Assembly (NCBI GenBank): GCA_964464785.1
Contig: CAYXLS010000001.1
Span: forward strand, 1-47,697
Direction of reading: 5' to 3'
Source: an uncultured Gammaproteobacteria bacterium
GTDB lineage: Bacteria > Patescibacteriota > Microgenomatia > UBA12405
DNA length: 47,697 bases
Part shown: positions 46,280-47,697 of the stretch, piece by piece
Layout of the letters: each line of letters opens with the position of its first letter
Position numbering within the stretch: position 1 is the stretch's first letter
Notes under the pieces: model-generated
Seen by the model: only the letters and a program-made list of their open reading frames with translations
What the model was told of the DNA's origin: nothing
Databases searched by the model: none
Program-made: the position numbers and the translations under genes

Positions 46280-47697
46280 TTAATTAAGTTGATAAAGTAG
46301 TAGTTTATCAAAATCTGGTTTATCAAAAGAATCTATAAGACTTAAGCCGTCTTGTTCCAAACTAACAGTATTAAAACGTGATTTATTGATTAATAGATAA
46401 ACTTCATCACCATATTCTTTGGCTTCTATCAAATTTTCGGGAACCGTAGCGAACCCTAACCCCTGACCTATTATGGTAAATTGTTTGGCTTTGTTGGCAT
46501 ATATTTGAAGTCCGTTGGGTAAAGTACCAAAGGATCCTTCGGTACCAACAATTATGTTTGATACTAAAGATCTTTGTTTTAGATAATTAAATGATTCTTT
46601 GATACCCCAACCTGAAGTCCAGTCGACTAAATATCCAGTTTCGGATGATGGTAGTTTTTGGTTAAAAGGATCGGTGGACAATTTATAGATAAAATTAATA
46701 TTGACTAGAAAAATAAATAAAATTAAAATTAATTTAAAATAATTATTTTTTATTTTGATAATTAAATTGTAAAAAATAATTGAGATTAACGCTAAAAATG
46801 GTGGTAAAGTAAATAAAATATAACGGGCAGTAAACACTTTTGCCAGAGCAGAATTGACGATAAGAGGTAGAAGCCACCAAGTTGCTAGAATTAAATATCT
46901 AATATTTAGTATTTGGTATGTATTTTTCTTATAAAGCGAATATAACAAACCAACTATAAAAATAATTAGAACTGGCAATGATATATAATGAAGATAAATT
47001 TCTAAGGCATTAGCCAGATGAGGTTTGAGAGGGTCTAACGGATGTTTTAAAATTTCTGAAAACGTCCAAACATAATCTTTGTTCCTTAAAGTAATTTGAT
47101 GGAACTGAGGGCCAAGACGAAGTAGGTTGTAGATTAGAAAACCGATGGAAGCTGAAATTAACGGATATGTAAAAGATAATATTTTTTTGTAGTTGATAGC
47201 CAAATAAGTAGTGAGTGATAAAACGACAAAATAGATTGCTGGTGATTTGGTTAGCCAGGCTAGACCTAGGGAGAGACCTAAAAAAAGTGAATTGGTAATA
47301 TTTGGATACTTAGCTAATAAAAGTGATAAAAATAATGACATTACACCAAATAATGACAAAAGATTGTCGGTTAAAGCTAAGCGATCAAAGAAAAAAGTAA
47401 AGGGAATCAAGCAATAAACCATAAAAACAAAAATAAATAAATAGTAGTGTTTAGAGATATTCTTTTTTAAGTAAGTAGATATATTTTTTTGACTATCTTG
47501 AAAACTTACTATAACTACAGAAATTAATGAAATCAAAATAGCAATACCAAAACCAGAAAAAATAGAGATAATTCTGCCTGAGACTAAAGGATCAGAAAAT
47601 ATTTTTAGAGTAATAGCGTTTAACCACATAAATAAAGGCTGTTTGCCATCTGTTTGAGGGATAAACCGTAAATTTTCTTCTGATTGGATAATTTGAG
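46280..47697 (-). CDS. GT-C fold membrane glycosyltransferase, ArnT/PMT (COG1807) type, with the N-terminus truncated by the window edge
   Basis: The reading frame stays open upstream of the track's ATG (47629) to the last base of the window (...QIIQSEENLRFIPQTDGKQPLFMWLNAITLKIF). The expected DE-motif first loop is missing, so the true start lies beyond 47697. Multiple TM helices and a C-terminal soluble domain. Confidence 0.65.
   Translation of the reverse strand, partial: QIIQSEENLRFIPQTDGKQPLFMWLNAITLKIFSDPLVSGRIISIFSGFGIAILISLISVVIVSFQDSQKNISTYLKKNISKHYYLFIFVFMVYCLIPFTFFFDRLALTDNLLSLFGVMSLFLSLLLAKYPNITNSLFLGLSLGLAWLTKSPAIYFVVLSLTTYLAINYKKILSFTYPLISASIGFLIYNLLRLGPQFHQITLRNKDYVWTFSEILKHPLDPLKPHLANALEIYLHYISLPVLIIFIVGLLYSLYKKNTYQILNIRYLILATWWLLPLIVNSALAKVFTARYILFTLPPFLALISIIFYNLIIKIKNNYFKLILILFIFLVNINFIYKLSTDPFNQKLPSSETGYLVDWTSGWGIKESFNYLKQRSLVSNIIVGTEGSFGTLPNGLQIYANKAKQFTIIGQGLGFATVPENLIEAKEYGDEVYLLINKSRFNTVSLEQDGLSLIDSFDKPDFDKLLLYQLN

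Noticed and set aside
1-47697. An alternative genetic code (UGA recoding, as in some candidate phyla).
   Set aside because: TGA works as a stop at eight ATGA stop/start junctions (for example 8087-8090, 8743-8746, 14393-14396) and at 1083-1085. All 38 genes give long, motif-bearing ORFs under the standard bacterial code.
1-47697. A mobile genomic island or horizontally acquired cassette.
   Set aside because: No integrase, transposase, tRNA attachment site, flanking direct repeats or obvious compositional break is visible within the window. The right boundary is not in the window, so this cannot be assessed.

Overview
Visibly AT-rich (not computed), very gene-dense bacterial window. I support 38 protein genes and found no rRNA, tRNA, CRISPR array, transposase or integrase. 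Two plus-strand genes sit at the left edge (a YvcK/CofD-like protein and a TPR-tailed GT-C protein), and one plus-strand methyltransferase is embedded at 16823-17626. The other 35 genes (2912 to the right edge) are all on the minus strand. Many of them share overlapping stop/start codons: eight 4-nt ATGA overlaps and one TAATG overlap.

The whole window is one giant glycoconjugate-assembly locus in three blocks.

- Block A (2912-16787): seven radical SAM enzymes. Four have an N-terminal cobalamin-binding-type domain and three have a C-terminal SPASM/twitch-like Cys motif. They are interleaved with three GT2, one GT4 and one SAM methyltransferase, in a repeated GT-then-rSAM order.
- Block B (17621-32364): a DPM1/ALG5-like polyprenyl-phosphate sugar synthase, a GT4 and a GT2, followed by seven tandem, divergent ArnT/PMT-type GT-C paralogs. 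A 205-aa mini-paralog lacking the catalytic N-terminus sits inside the array.
- Block C (32354-47697): five further polytopic GT-C-like proteins of different families (Gpi18/DUF2029-like, YfhO-like, an orphan 569-aa protein, PTPS-related, and an ArnT-like protein truncated by the window edge). They alternate with six cytoplasmic GT2/GT4 enzymes and a Wzx-type flippase.

The best candidate for an undescribed system is block A. It looks like a radical-SAM-rich glycan tailoring line with no peptide precursor. It is probably coupled to the unusually large extracytoplasmic GT-C battery in blocks B and C.

The gene content and composition resemble uncultivated Patescibacteria/CPR-type genomes, but that is inference only. 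All family calls come from motifs read by eye. No database search was run.
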